Source of the DNA: Moniliella sp. 'wahieum'
Lineage: Eukaryota
Length of the DNA: 64,000 nucleotides
Direction of reading: 5' to 3'
NCBI GenBank assembly: GCA_003971905.1
Contig: RSEE01000042.1
Location: forward strand, 124,001-188,000
The notes below the pieces were generated by a model, which was not told where the DNA came from, ran no database searches, and worked only from the letters and a program-made list of their open reading frames with translations. Position numbers and translations under genes: made by a program. Below are positions 51,017-62,886 of the stretch, piece by piece; positions within the stretch are counted from its first letter, which is position 1; each line of letters opens with the position of its first letter.

Positions 51017-54000
51017 TATGGTGTGACAGACGCAGAAAAGAGCAGGGGGGCGCAACGGGGGAGGGATGGGGAGAATCAAGAGCGAAAGCATATATATGCG
51101 CCTGCGGGCATGCATGATGCATGACGCGGCGCAGCTGCGCAGAGGCGTACGTCTGGCCACTGCATGACGGGCTCCGTGCGTGTCGAGCATGCGCATTATG
51201 CACACTGAGCATGATGCGCCGTGCTCCACCGCACTGCGCGTGCCGGGGTGCCGTGCGTCGCACTCGCGGCCACCGCGGCCGAAGCTCGCTCGGTCGCTCG
51301 CACAGCGCTCGCCCGGGCAGCGCCGACACTGGCGCCGTGGCTGCTCACACGAGCACCGCCGAGCAGCTGGGGAACGGCACAGGGCCAGTCGAGGGATGGG
51401 AGCGGGGATCTCCCCGTCACCATCACGCGTCCCTGCCTTGCAGGGCATCTGCCTGCTGCGCAGTGCCTGCCCCCGCAGGCCTCCCCGCCTGCTGCTGTCC
51501 TGGCCAAACCTCGCTCCGGTGCATCGCTATCCCGGCAGGGCTCGGCACAACAGGCAGGGCGCAGTGGACCTTCCAACGAGCGTCTAGTACAATATCCACA
51601 ACGTCTGCCGAGCCAACGTAATGGGAAGCAGCAACCCTGTGTCCTGCGCGCACCCCAAAAGCAGAGAACGGAAGCGGGGGGGAGCGCACCGCGCGCACAG
51701 TATCTATTCGAAAAGTACCGCCAGATGCGAACAACCAAATGCCCATTGCGCATGGTTGCCAGCACAGTCGTTGTCAATTTCTCTCGCTCCTCTCTGTCCT
51801 GCTTAAGGCCTAAACGCTCAGACTGTTGCGGGGAACTGCCTCCCTTTCACGCCCTCACGCCTCACGCCTCACGCCCTCTTGTCAGAGCGAGTCCCAGTCG
51901 GGAACAATCGCACATTGCCATGATTGCATGTGGTTGAACCAGGTCTCGTCGCACCTATCTTCATGCATATCATCAAGCATCACCCATACCAAAGAGAGTT
52001 ACCCACAGGACAACACTCAAACTCACCCCACGACGTCCAACTAGGCCTCTTCGACACCCACCCCTCCACCTCCGATGCACCCCACAGGCAAAGCACCATC
52101 CCTCCCCACCCAAACCATGAAGGTCGAGAGGAGGTCCCCAGATCCTGGTCCAATCGTCAGCACAGTGCCCCCCATTATATCTGGGGGTGACCTGATAATA
52201 TGAATCGATGTGGAGGAGCCGGATGCCGTCGCACATCAGTTAGCGTGATGCGCTGTCCAGCTGAGATCAATGAAAAAGTCTACAAGTGAGGAGGATGGAG
52301 CTAAACGTGGAGCGATAGTTCGCCTGGTCCGCCGACAAGGGCAAGGATAACTACGACGGTACGTTGCGTTGATGTGGTGGGGGGGGGGATGGGAAATGAA
52401 TTGAACCAATGCGGGTACTGTCGAATCAGAGAAGAGAGCAAGACGGCAATGTCGATAACAGCCGTTAAACACCTGGAAAAATGGAAGTCCAACAACAATA
52501 TCGCATCATTCGAGGCAAGCTACTAGGTTCACGCGGCTCACAGGGATAATTAGAGGGGGGAGACGGTAATACTATAGGTCCGGGCGGCCAGTTTCCTTCA
52601 ATGCACACAGGATATGGCCAGTAGGTGACGTTTCTGATACTGTGTAAGAAAGATCTAGTGTGCGTGTTCCACCACTTGATTCTTGTGGAATGAGCGAGTG
52701 CAATCGGCTGGCTGCCGTAGGTAATAAAAGGTTTTGTTCAGTATGGACAGAATATAAGCGTGAGGTAGTAAGTCTCCCCCAGCAGCCACGGAGAGGTAAA
52801 GACGGATTGGCGAGTGACGGACTCGCGCACAGTTGGCAGCAGCTTGACGATGACCATCCTGATCACTGTCTCGTCCCCGCACAGCAAACACAAATAAGAA
52901 GCACCCGGAAAAGGGGAGAGTCGCGCAGACCCCCCACCCGTCGTGTCAGCCACAGCGGTTCGTCAGGTCGCCACAGCCTCATAAAGGGCTCATACCCCGC
53001 CGGGGTTGTTGTACAGGGGCCCTTGGACACCGAGTTTTGGGCATGTTTTGTCGTCAAACCGCCTTGAGGCGGGTGAGTCCCTCGAAGGAGAACATGGGAC
53101 GAGGCGTATAGGATCCTCTGCTCTTGTGTGACGGTAGAATGGAGGGGGGTTTATCTATGAAGCAACAAACAGGGGCCTAGTACGCGGTTGACATGGCAGC
53201 GTGTCTTGGTGTTGCTCCTGGTTGGTGAGCATGGCCACAGCCTTACTGTGCCGTTGATCCAACCGCACGTATAGTGTCCCTCTCCCCGGCGGCACTTATT
53301 GAGAGGCGCGACTCCAGGGATGCCAAAAGTGCTCTTCAGGTTCCATGGCGATGCTAGAGGAGTTCTTCTTGTGAGGACCGGTAACTCCGGTAACTACCAC
53401 TGCCTGTACGCTGCCCTTGTACTTGCGAGCGCATTGGCTTGCGCCTAGATGGGGGCGTTCCAGGGCCGGGGGGACAGAGACGGGGGTATGGCCAGGCAGG
53501 ATCAGAGGCTGATCCCCAGGAGGAACCAACGTCCAACCCTGTCCACCGCCCCGTCGGGTTCGATGGCCAACGTGAAAGTTGCAAATGGGCGGGGCAAATG
53601 CGGCGACAGATGGTGGGGGCTGCTCGGCCCCGCGCGGCGCCGCCAGGCAGAGCCGGGTGGAGCACGGGTGGGGCCCAATCCTCCTCGAATACAACACCCC
53701 TTCTTTGCCGGCCTCATATCGCAATCAGCAATCATTAATCACAAATCCCATTCATTCAAACCCATTAGCCTCGCCCCTCCCTGGCCTCATCGATCGTAGT
53801 GGCAGACGGCATGTCTGACGCCTAATGTGGGGTTCTGGCTTATCTATGTGCGCTGTCCATATGTGCCAAAAGCCACATGTGCCGGCCTCCTGCTTTTGGC
53901 TCCCCCGCCATTAATATAAACCCACTGGCCAACACACTGCAGTTCAGGATTCCCCCCCCCACCCTTCCGCATCTACCATTCTCAAGTGACGCCAGTCATC

Positions 54001-54164
54001 GTCGTCAACGGCCATCCCTCCTCTGTTCTCTTCTTCGGCTGCTTCTCCGGCATCTGTGCCAATAACAACGTGCGCACTCCCATCCGAGACCCATTGGGCA
54101 AAGCTGCTTTTCCTTCTATCTCTCCCCTCTCCGTTTCCCTCCCATTCTTTTTTTTCTCGCGTTC

Positions 54165-54818
54165 ATGTGGGGGTGGAGGTACTTCTCGATAGTTCTGCTG
54201 GGCAACAGCTTGATCTTAAGCTGTGCCCAGCTCGCCCTGGCGGCCAATTGCACCTCGTCGTCCAGCACCTCAAACCACACCGCTTCCCCCTGCTCTGTAT
54301 GGGGGGACAAGATCTTCGACCCAGTCCAGGTGGAGCACGTGATGGACTTGGTGGTGACCTGCTCCGACCCCGTCGTCCCCGGTCCGTCCAACCATAGCGC
54401 CGACGGGATTCGGGACGCCTACTGGCCCATTGTTGGTGGCCGTGCCGATGGGCCCAACTTTCATGCGAGCGTCGTGCCCGGCGGAGCTGACTTACCGCTG
54501 GTTCGACCCGATGGTGTGTACACGGTCAATGCGCTGTACCGACTCCTTACGGACGATGGACAACAATTGTCATTCATGATCCTGGGATGGAGTACCCCCA
54601 CGGCCGATCCCAATGCGTTCAAGATGCGGGTCAGTCCAACGTTTATTGCGCCCGAGGGCAAGTATGCCTGGCTCAACCAAAACTTGTTTGTGGGCAACCT
54701 GATCATTCCTGCCCGAGGGTTACCGCCTGGCCAAGCACGAGAACGACCGCTTGATCCAAATCTGGAGGGTGTATTGAGAGAGACGTGGACGCCTTTCAGT
54801 AATCTTGATCTTGAATGA
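54165..54818 (+). CDS. DUF3237 (UPF0311)-family protein with N-terminal hydrophobic segment, intronless
   Basis: PIVGGRADGP....VVPGGAD....RPDGV....A.YRLLTDDG; P.F.APEGKYAWLN..LFVG. Confidence 0.82.
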   Translation: MWGWRYFSIVLLGNSLILSCAQLALAANCTSSSSTSNHTASPCSVWGDKIFDPVQVEHVMDLVVTCSDPVVPGPSNHSADGIRDAYWPIVGGRADGPNFHASVVPGGADLPLVRPDGVYTVNALYRLLTDDGQQLSFMILGWSTPTADPNAFKMRVSPTFIAPEGKYAWLNQNLFVGNLIIPARGLPPGQARERPLDPNLEGVLRETWTPFSNLDLE

Positions 54819-55016
54819 CATAACGCGTTCTCCAATCCGTTTTAACTGGCGTGGCCCAAAGAGGGGGAGATATGTTTCTAGTCTTAGTCACTAAGGCTAG
54901 TGAAATCCATGCACATGGACCAAGATCGGGGTGAGTGTTAGCAGTAAGTAACAAAAGGACCACCGGTAACAGGACGGGGCCTCTGCCAAGGAGACTCTCT
55001 TACGAAAAGAACAGCA

Positions 55017-55105
55017 GGCGAGATAGCGAAGTGGTTAACGCGCTGTGTTCAGGTTAATCGGAACCGCAGTCCTCCGGGGCGTGGGTTCGAATCCCACTCT
55101 CGTCA
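55017..55105 (+). tRNA. tRNA-Leu(CAG) with short intron and variable arm
   Basis: GGCGAGA/TCTCGTC acceptor stem, A73, CTGTG-TTCAGG anticodon arm, variable arm TCCTCCGGGG, GGTTCGAATCC, T-run. Confidence 0.9.
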
Positions 55106-55695
55106 GTTTTTTTGCTGGGCATATCCAAACAGACAGACATCTAATGCACCCTGGTTCAGGCTCCACGTACACCTTCGCCTTGTACCAAGCTTCTCGCCAT
55201 TCCCCACCCCCTTTGTTTTGTCTTCCTTGGACCTGGTCCAAGGTGTTTTAAATGGCATGCCCACGCTGCGTTCCCAAAACAATTTGTGGCTCAACGCTGT
55301 CAATGTGGGGCTCCTCACGGAGAGGGAGAACCGATAGCCCACGTGCGTAGTATGACGAAAGTAGTCCCGGGCTGTACATGCTGAGGCCCGAGCCTCAGGC
55401 TGAGGCCTCAGGGCGTGATATTGTAACTCCATCGTTTCTGCGCTCCCGTTCTGACCCGGTTTTGCACAGCGAAACCCCAAAGAGAATAACTGCTTCTAAA
55501 CCGTACCAGATATATGTAAGCTATGAGGGAAGGTCGGTCGGGCATCACATAGACGTTTTTCTTTCCCTTTACACATCGTTCCCATTTGATGAGGTTTAGC
55601 GATTATCAAGATCATCGCATCCACTGAAAATGGATTTTTGAGGATCTTAACGACCATACGACAAAGGTGGCTGGCAAGACTAGAACGGTGTGAAT

Positions 55696-56269
55696 TTACA
55701 CCTTCTCCACCTTGAGGCCGTCCTTCCAGAAGATGAAGGTGGGCGTAACGCCGTCTTCCTTCCAGCCACCGAGGACAACCATGGCGTCGGGGTTCATCGA
55801 GGAACCAGTGTAGAAGTCGTACTCCTTGAAGTTGCCAATGACCTTCTTGGCAAATGCGGCGGCACCCTTCTCGAAGGCAGGGATACGGTCCGGGTTGGTC
55901 TCCTGGAGCTTGGCCTTGATCTCCTTCATGTAGGACTTGAGGTAGCCGACGTAGCCCTTCTTGTCAAACGAAGTCTGCTGCAAGTCGGCAGCGTTGACAA
56001 TGTTGATGACCGTCTTGGCGCCGTCCTCGAGATCCTCGTCACCACCCTCAGCGGAGGGGTTGCCACCAATGTCGACCTGACCGTCCTTGATGGTGATCTG
56101 CTTACCCTCGAGGACGTAGACGACATCGTCGACCTCCTCCATGGGGTAGGAGTCCGAGAAGAGCTCGTCGCCACTGAGAATGTCGGTGTAAAGCTGAAGG
56201 AGGAGAACATCAGTATGACCATCCAGAAAAGAGTAGGTGAGCAGGAGTGAGAATGGCACACACCTTCAT
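55696..56269 (-). CDS. TMA19: Translationally controlled tumour protein (TCTP), intron after Met-Lys
   Basis: MK/LYTDILSGDELFSDSY; IGGNPSAEG; FDKKGYVGYLKSYMK; FYTGSSMNPD; FWKDGLKVEKV. Confidence 0.97.
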
Positions 56270-57536
56270 TGTGAAGAGGGGGCCAGAGTGGTGGTGAGAA
56301 AGCGAGGAGGCGAGAGCAGAAAATGCGAAAAAAACTGGCGCGCTCTCGCGGCCGAAAATGGCCCCTCCGCCCAGCCACTCTGGCACTGGTCCAGTGTCCA
56401 CCCACTGGGCCCGCACTGGGGCGGCACTGGGGCGGCAGAGCTCGTATACTGGCGCTGTGCTGGAAGGATCTACTTACCTAATTTGTCTTCCAGCCCCACG
56501 GCTGCGTTGACATTTGGAAGTTGAAAGTGGGGCTGGCAATAGGGATCACGTGGATGCTGAAACGTTCAGCCTTTTCCCGACCAAGCCTGGCTGCACTAAT
56601 AGGTTCCACTCCATATGCCCTGGCGTTGCACCTTTTCCTCTCCGGTGGTTTCGGCAACCGGTAAATGAGCCCACGAAAGACCACAAGGCCAAGCGCACTG
56701 CACTCATTCCAATGCTAGCCCATCGGACACAGCAGATCCGACAAAGAAGCATCCCTACCAACGACCTGAGCACGACTCGCAGCCGCGGCATCCAATGCGA
56801 AAAAGCAACCTGAGAGACAAAAGGCTGTTACGCGGCCAAAGGTGGGATGCACAGCTGGCCCATCACTCCTTCACAAAGGCTGTCGGTACCACCACAACTT
56901 TCCCCAGCTCAGCTCTGGCTCGAATGTCGGAGCGGAACAAGGACTTACCGCGCCGGTCACTTCTGTCTTGCTTTCATTACTCGCGGGATAATGCGGGGAT
57001 GAGAATGACTATTGCCTCAGGAGCCAACTCTGGCATGAATAGAGGTCATTGACTTCGCATTCTGGGCAGTCCTCACCGCACTCACCTCCTCTTTGGGAGT
57101 GGGATACTTAGCGGCAGGCATATTGTTGGTAGAAGCAGGTGCAGTTGAACGCAAACAGCTGTGTCCAACCACACACTCTGAAAAGAAACATCATGTGTGC
57201 TGGCGCCATCATTAGAAATCGGTGTGGAAAAATGAGTCGCCGCTAGTCACGCTCATTCGTACCCACGTCTGCTCTGTCTGTGTTGGAGACCGGTGGAAGG
57301 AGCCAGTGGGAGCAACCGATGGCCTCGCTGATGGACTGGACACGAGAGCGTTGGGACTGTTGTGCATGTGCTCTCGAACGTATTTAGATAGCAACCGCCA
57401 CAGAAATACAATCACTACCAATCCATATCCGCAGCACGTGGAATTCCGCCTATCTCCGATCGAGGACTAATTATGTGCTACGCAGCGCCACTGCGGCCCC
57501 GTCGCTGCGATCGGCCGCCACCATCTCCCGCCGACC

Positions 57537-60500
57537 ATGTCGAGTACCGGCTCGTCCGGCTCGTCCTATCCGAGCACCGCGGCGGGAAACTCCGGCGCTT
57601 CAGGCATCTCAGGGTCGACGTCGGTGGCGACGGGCGTGCCGCTTGTCGTCAAGTGTGCCGCGGCCGACGGACGCACCAAACGTCTGCATTTTGCCTCAGC
57701 CGGTACGGCTGGGTACTTGCCGGTGCGGCGGCGGATCGCAAGAAGCCTGCAGCTGTACGATGACTGGGCTGCGCAGGACCTGGATCCGCCACCCAAGGGT
57801 CGCGCCGTGTTCGACTTATCGTACGTCGACGACGACGGCGAGGTGTGCGATGTAGCGTGCCAGGAGGATTGGGAGGATGCACTCTCCTTCTTCTGCCCTT
57901 CGTTTTTGTGGGATGCTCTCTTGGATCCGGGTTGGCCAGCGAGCTGGAAGGATCCCACGTCGTTGAGATTCGCCTGTCTGCCAAGATGCGCACAAGTTTT
58001 TCCCTAAGTGATTGGGGTACCGAGAGCGAGTTGGGCGGAGGGCTGTCCCAACACACACTCTCTTCACATGCCATTGGCAGCTCTATCCTCTAGCCGACAT
58101 GGGGAATGGGAATCGGAGCATTCCTGGTATCCGAGACAGGAGGCGCCGAGCGTATCCCAACCTGATACCTTCAGTCCATTTCATCCCCGAGTTCCCCCGG
58201 CCCTGCCGACCTGGTAAGCCTTGATGATCGGCGCAAGGTGCGATTCAGCAGCCAGATCATCCCCCCCTCAGTGGATGGGAATGGGAGCACGCTCGACCTT
58301 CACTCGCAGGTGTCCTCAGAGAATGGAAGCAGACTCGACATGGATCTGAGAGCCACCACGTCGTCCCTCTCACTTGGCGGGCAGCGTCGTCAAACAATGG
58401 GTCCTTGGCATCCCTTGACCTGGGACCCCGCCCTACCATCCAACCGTCCCCGTGGGGAAAGTCACAAAGTAACAAGCCCCTTCCTCTATCGCCTGGTACA
58501 ACCGGAGCAACATCTTCTCGGAGCGGTTCTTTGTCCCCGGATGAATCCCCTCCCGTTTCGCAGCGCGTCAGCATGGAGTCGTCCTACCGGGCCAGCACAG
58601 AGGGATTCGTCTTCGATGATGGGCTGTCCCAGTTGGGCATTCGTTCGGAGCTGGGGACTAGGAGTGTTACTGGGACGGATCTGTCCAGGGCGTTGCGGGT
58701 GGACGCGCGGGACGATATGTCGGATGTGATTGAGGGACAGCGACTTCCGCTTTCTTCGCTGCATGTGTCAGATGTGGATGCGCTCGGGCTGAGGCTCCGT
58801 CTAGGACTAAGCAACATGCCTGATCTCCGAACCGCGTCATCTCAGCAGGCCGAGTCGGTCCTTTCCCTCACCCCTCTGTCATCTCCGAGGTCTCTGGCGG
58901 AGTCTACTACACTGGGGGGATTTGCTCTCGGATCTGGCGTATAACCGCAACGCCCCATCAACTTCTCCCAAAGTGGTGCCAGCGTTCCAGACCGCTCTCA
59001 CCGCTTCGCCTCAACGGATGGGAAGAAAACCAAGTTCACTCGCTTTGGCGCAGCCGACGCTGTCTTTCTCGAAATTTGTCAGCGCTCCCCACCTCCTCCT
59101 GGAAGCGAGTCGGGCTCCTCCAGTACCGTCAAGGGAGGTGCCTCTTCGTCGAGCGATCCAGTGGTACCCCCCCTGAGTACAGCTGCAGCCAATGCCGTTC
59201 CCCTTTGGGTGGGAGCGAAGGTATGGGCCTGCGATACGTGTGCGACATGTGTGGACCTCGACGTTTCGGGGGTGGACATTCCTCCTCTCAGCCACAGTCT
59301 AGCTCGGTCAAGGCGGCCGATGGATTTGAGACAGCATCGTCGATTACTTCGCCGGCATCGTCCGTGTTGGCTTCGCCCAAACAGAAAACGATGGGGTACG
59401 AATTGTGCGCAGTATGCATCTCGGTGCACGGAGCAGAGCATGTGGCCCAAACCGCTCCCAATGGCCCCTCCACCCTTGCTCCACATCCTGATCGCCAACG
59501 ATTACACGCTTTCTACGAGCTCATGTGGAACGAGGATGAAATGGCCTGGTTCCCATTGAAGAGCAGGCGGATGGGAAATGCTCTGCTTGCTCTCGTAGCG
59601 AATGGAGAGGAGGTCATTACCGTTGCTCTCAGTGCGATGGGTTCCACCTCTGTGGTGTCTGCTTCATGGCGGTGGATCGATTGTAAGTACCCCTCCCTCT
59701 CCCCCGCCTCCCTTATTTTTCACCCTTGCTAACTCATCTACAGACATGCCTTGCATCTTTTCACCGTCTCCCTACGCCTGCACCCTCTGCCTCTGCCTCT
59801 GCTGCAGTGCCGATTGCGAATAGCTCTGTCGTGCAACTGGTAAGGACCCCACCGACGCTGTTCACGGCGGTGTTGCATGTGCCTCGTGTGGACAATACCC
59901 GATTGTAGGGGTACGGGTCCACTGCATATCTTGCCCGGAGGAGAGACTTTTGTGCGGTGTGCGACGAACGTGGGCTGTCTCTACGACAGAATCGGAGACG
60001 AGGACCCTTTACTCCCGGCGGACAGCGCCGACAGAACCGCTCCCACCTCACTCGCAGCAGCACATTTGTCTCAAACTCACGACGCCGATCGATAAACGGA
60101 ACGCACGGAGCGCGGCAGCAGCCTTGGAGCAAGCCGCAGACCGTCTCCTCCGGCGTGCTCTCCGCGGTCCTGTATATCCCTGGCAAGCACCTCCCCCACA
60201 GCTGCCTGTCCCCACCCTTGATCCGGGGAACCCCCCATTCGGTGCGCCTGACACGCACTCGGTGGTAGCGCACTCGGCCTCGTCCCACATCAGCGAGGAG
60301 GAGGAGATGATCCCATTCTTCCCCCAGTGCAACTCGTGTGGGAAATCGTTTGCGGGTGGGGTACGGTATCTCTGTTCGCGCTGTCCTGTCGAGGGGACGG
60401 GGGGATACAACCTTTGTTCATCGTGTGAGCCGTACTCGCTTTTAGTTCACAATCCCACCCATATTTTCCTCAAGATCAACCGGTCTTACAGCATGGTTCC

Positions 60501-61197
60501 CACGCGGCAGGTACCTTTTGTGCCGCCACTTTACTCAAAGGAGGCCGTCATTCCTGAGGTTGATTCGCCCGCCGCCGAAAGGCTGTGGGACGCACTGCTC
60601 GACACTTCAGGGTTATCCACTATTGATGCACGACGACGTTTAGCACCCTTGGCTGTGGATCTCCCTGCAGACCACCCTCTGCGGGAAAAGGTGCCACGGA
60701 TCCTCACTCTCCGAGTGCAACTGCACCATGCCATGCTGGCAGCTGGTCCGGCCGCGGTACCAGCCGAGTTGGGGCCCGTGTCGGCGGGTGGGGAAGAGAG
60801 CGAGGCAGAGACAGAGACTCCACTCTCTGTTTCAGAGCGCGCTCATCCCGCCCCCACACCCCTGGACGCAGTACAGCAAGTGGTCCACTCGCTCCTATCC
60901 GAGCTGCATCTGGTGCCGGTCAATCAGCTGATGCACGTGTATATCGTGTGCGACAGCTGCTTTGATGTGGTGGAAGGGGCATGGCTTCGATGCGCAAACT
61001 GCACCGAATCCGTGGACTTGTGCGCTCGCTGTGAGATGCGTGCTGACCACGACGCGTCGCATGTATTTGCTGTTTTTAAGCAGTCCATTGATCCAGGGCT
61101 CTTCCGTTCTCTCGTCGACCACGCGCCCACCAACAATGCGTTGGGCCAAGCTTCGGGGCCGTATCGTGCCCTGTTGCCCTCGCTCTTGTTTGAATGA
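57537..61197 (+). CDS. PB1-like domain plus about five ZZ-type zinc fingers (NBR1/p62-like architecture), frameshifted
   Basis: VVKC...TKRLHF...FDLSYVDDDGE...EDW; ZZ fingers such as CNSCG...RYLCSRC...YNLCSSCE...H..THIFLKI and HVYIVCDSC...RCANC...DLCARCE..HDASHVF. Confidence 0.8.
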
Positions 61198-61605
61198 GCG
61201 CTTGGGTAGGGGTTGCGCACCGATTCCACGAGGTGCGGTAGCGAGCCATACACGGAAGCGACGCGGTAATGGCACCAACTCTCCTATTTAAAACTGCCCG
61301 ACCTGCCTGACTTCGTACCCAAATAGGAACCGGTTTACCATATGTCACGGATTGCTTTCATGCTGGCCTTCGTGCCGCCCATCTCTACTCCATACCAGTG
61401 TAGGCACTATAACTTACAGAAGGTCGCCTTTTACCACGTCCAACCTTAACTTCCTCAGTAGCGACAAACCCGTCAATAGCAGTGAGCGGTCATGGGAGTG
61501 CATTGGAACGCAGGAGTAGCCATGGCGCGCCAAGGGCAGGGCCAAGTCGGCCGAGCTTTTGGCAGTCGAAAAGGACAAGGGGGGTAGCCCCCCGCGATGC
61601 CCCCC

Positions 61606-61836
61606 TTAGCGGTACTTGGCAAAGCCAATCGCGGCCGCCTTCTCGCGGAAGCACTGGCGGCAGATGTCCAAGCCGTACTTGCGGATGATACCGCCCTGGT
61701 TGGCGCAGACGCGGCTACATCATGTGGGTCAGCATCGAGGCGGGAGGGAAAAAACAAGTGGAAGAGACACATACCACTGGCGGCTGCCCTTGCCGTGCTT
61801 GCGGGGGTGAGAGAACCAAACGTTAGCGTGCGCCAT
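61606..61836 (-). CDS. RPS29: 40S ribosomal protein S29 (uS14), one coding intron
   Basis: [56 protein letters not shown]. Confidence 0.97.
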
Positions 61837-62886
61837 GGTGAATGTAGTCTGAAGAAAACAGGGTCAGAGTCAATCTAGGCTGTGGGAACAGAATTCTCTC
61901 CGGCACAGGCGGCTGGGTGGGGATGCAGGCGATCGGCTCCAGCGGATGCGGCGCCCCGCCGGGAACATCCATTGAGAGATGCGGTCTCCTAGCAAGGAGC
62001 TTCCATCCGGTAGCCCCGCTGAAACGCCATTCTTCCTGCAATAGTCCAATTGCAGCACCACTCCATCGGTGCACCCAGCACACCACACACCCAGCCAGCA
62101 AGAGGGAGCGGAAACAGGAGTGTCCACATACTGAGAGAGGGCGACGAGTCGACGGGGAGGCTTGGTGTACGGTGGAGGACCAGAACGTCGGCGGATGCTG
62201 GTGGACAGCCGGACGACGAAATTAATTCACAGCACTAGACCTGTTCACTACCGCAGTAGCCACTTATTGCGGGCGCAACCCTAAGGCCATCTGGGATTCC
62301 GACCTGATATTTCAATATTGGACACGACAGTCGCAGTATTACGTTTTTAGTGCCACGTGGCATGCGAATGCGATCACTAGCACCTTAAATTGCGACGGTG
62401 ACCCCGTCGTTGTTAAGTTTGTCTCTACCGCGCTCTGCGCTGCGAAATTGCCAGTGCTCTCCATCCGGACACGGCGGGAATATATGCTTTCATTGCTCCC
62501 CCGACGATATGTACCCCTTCATCATCATCATTTGCGATATGTGCAGCGGAGGTGTTCACGCTTGACCGGATTGGCATGCATCCCTCTCCTCCAGTTAGTG
62601 TGGTGCGAGACGTAGGTGATTCTTTGCTTTTCATCTATTCTATGCCAATCCCCTGTCTCCATTCTCATATCCCATCCCAGTCCCGTCGGCACTCCAATTG
62701 ATCCTACCAGGTGTTGGCACTCTCGTGCTCTAGTACTGCGAACAATGGCTCGTGGTGAATTGGAAAAGAAATAGGTCAAACGCTTTCAAACGATGAGATG
62801 CGAGACAGCCATTTCTGCTGACTGGTTATGGGGGCAAACCCAAAAGTATAAGAAGGGGTTTTGAGAAGAGCCAAAGGGCAGCTTGA

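Noticed and set aside
55017..55105. tRNA with CAG anticodon as a sign of CUG reassignment (Ser/Ala)
   Set aside because: It has A73 and G37 Leu identity elements, and CTG falls at conserved Leu positions (e.g. RPL30 KLQLV).
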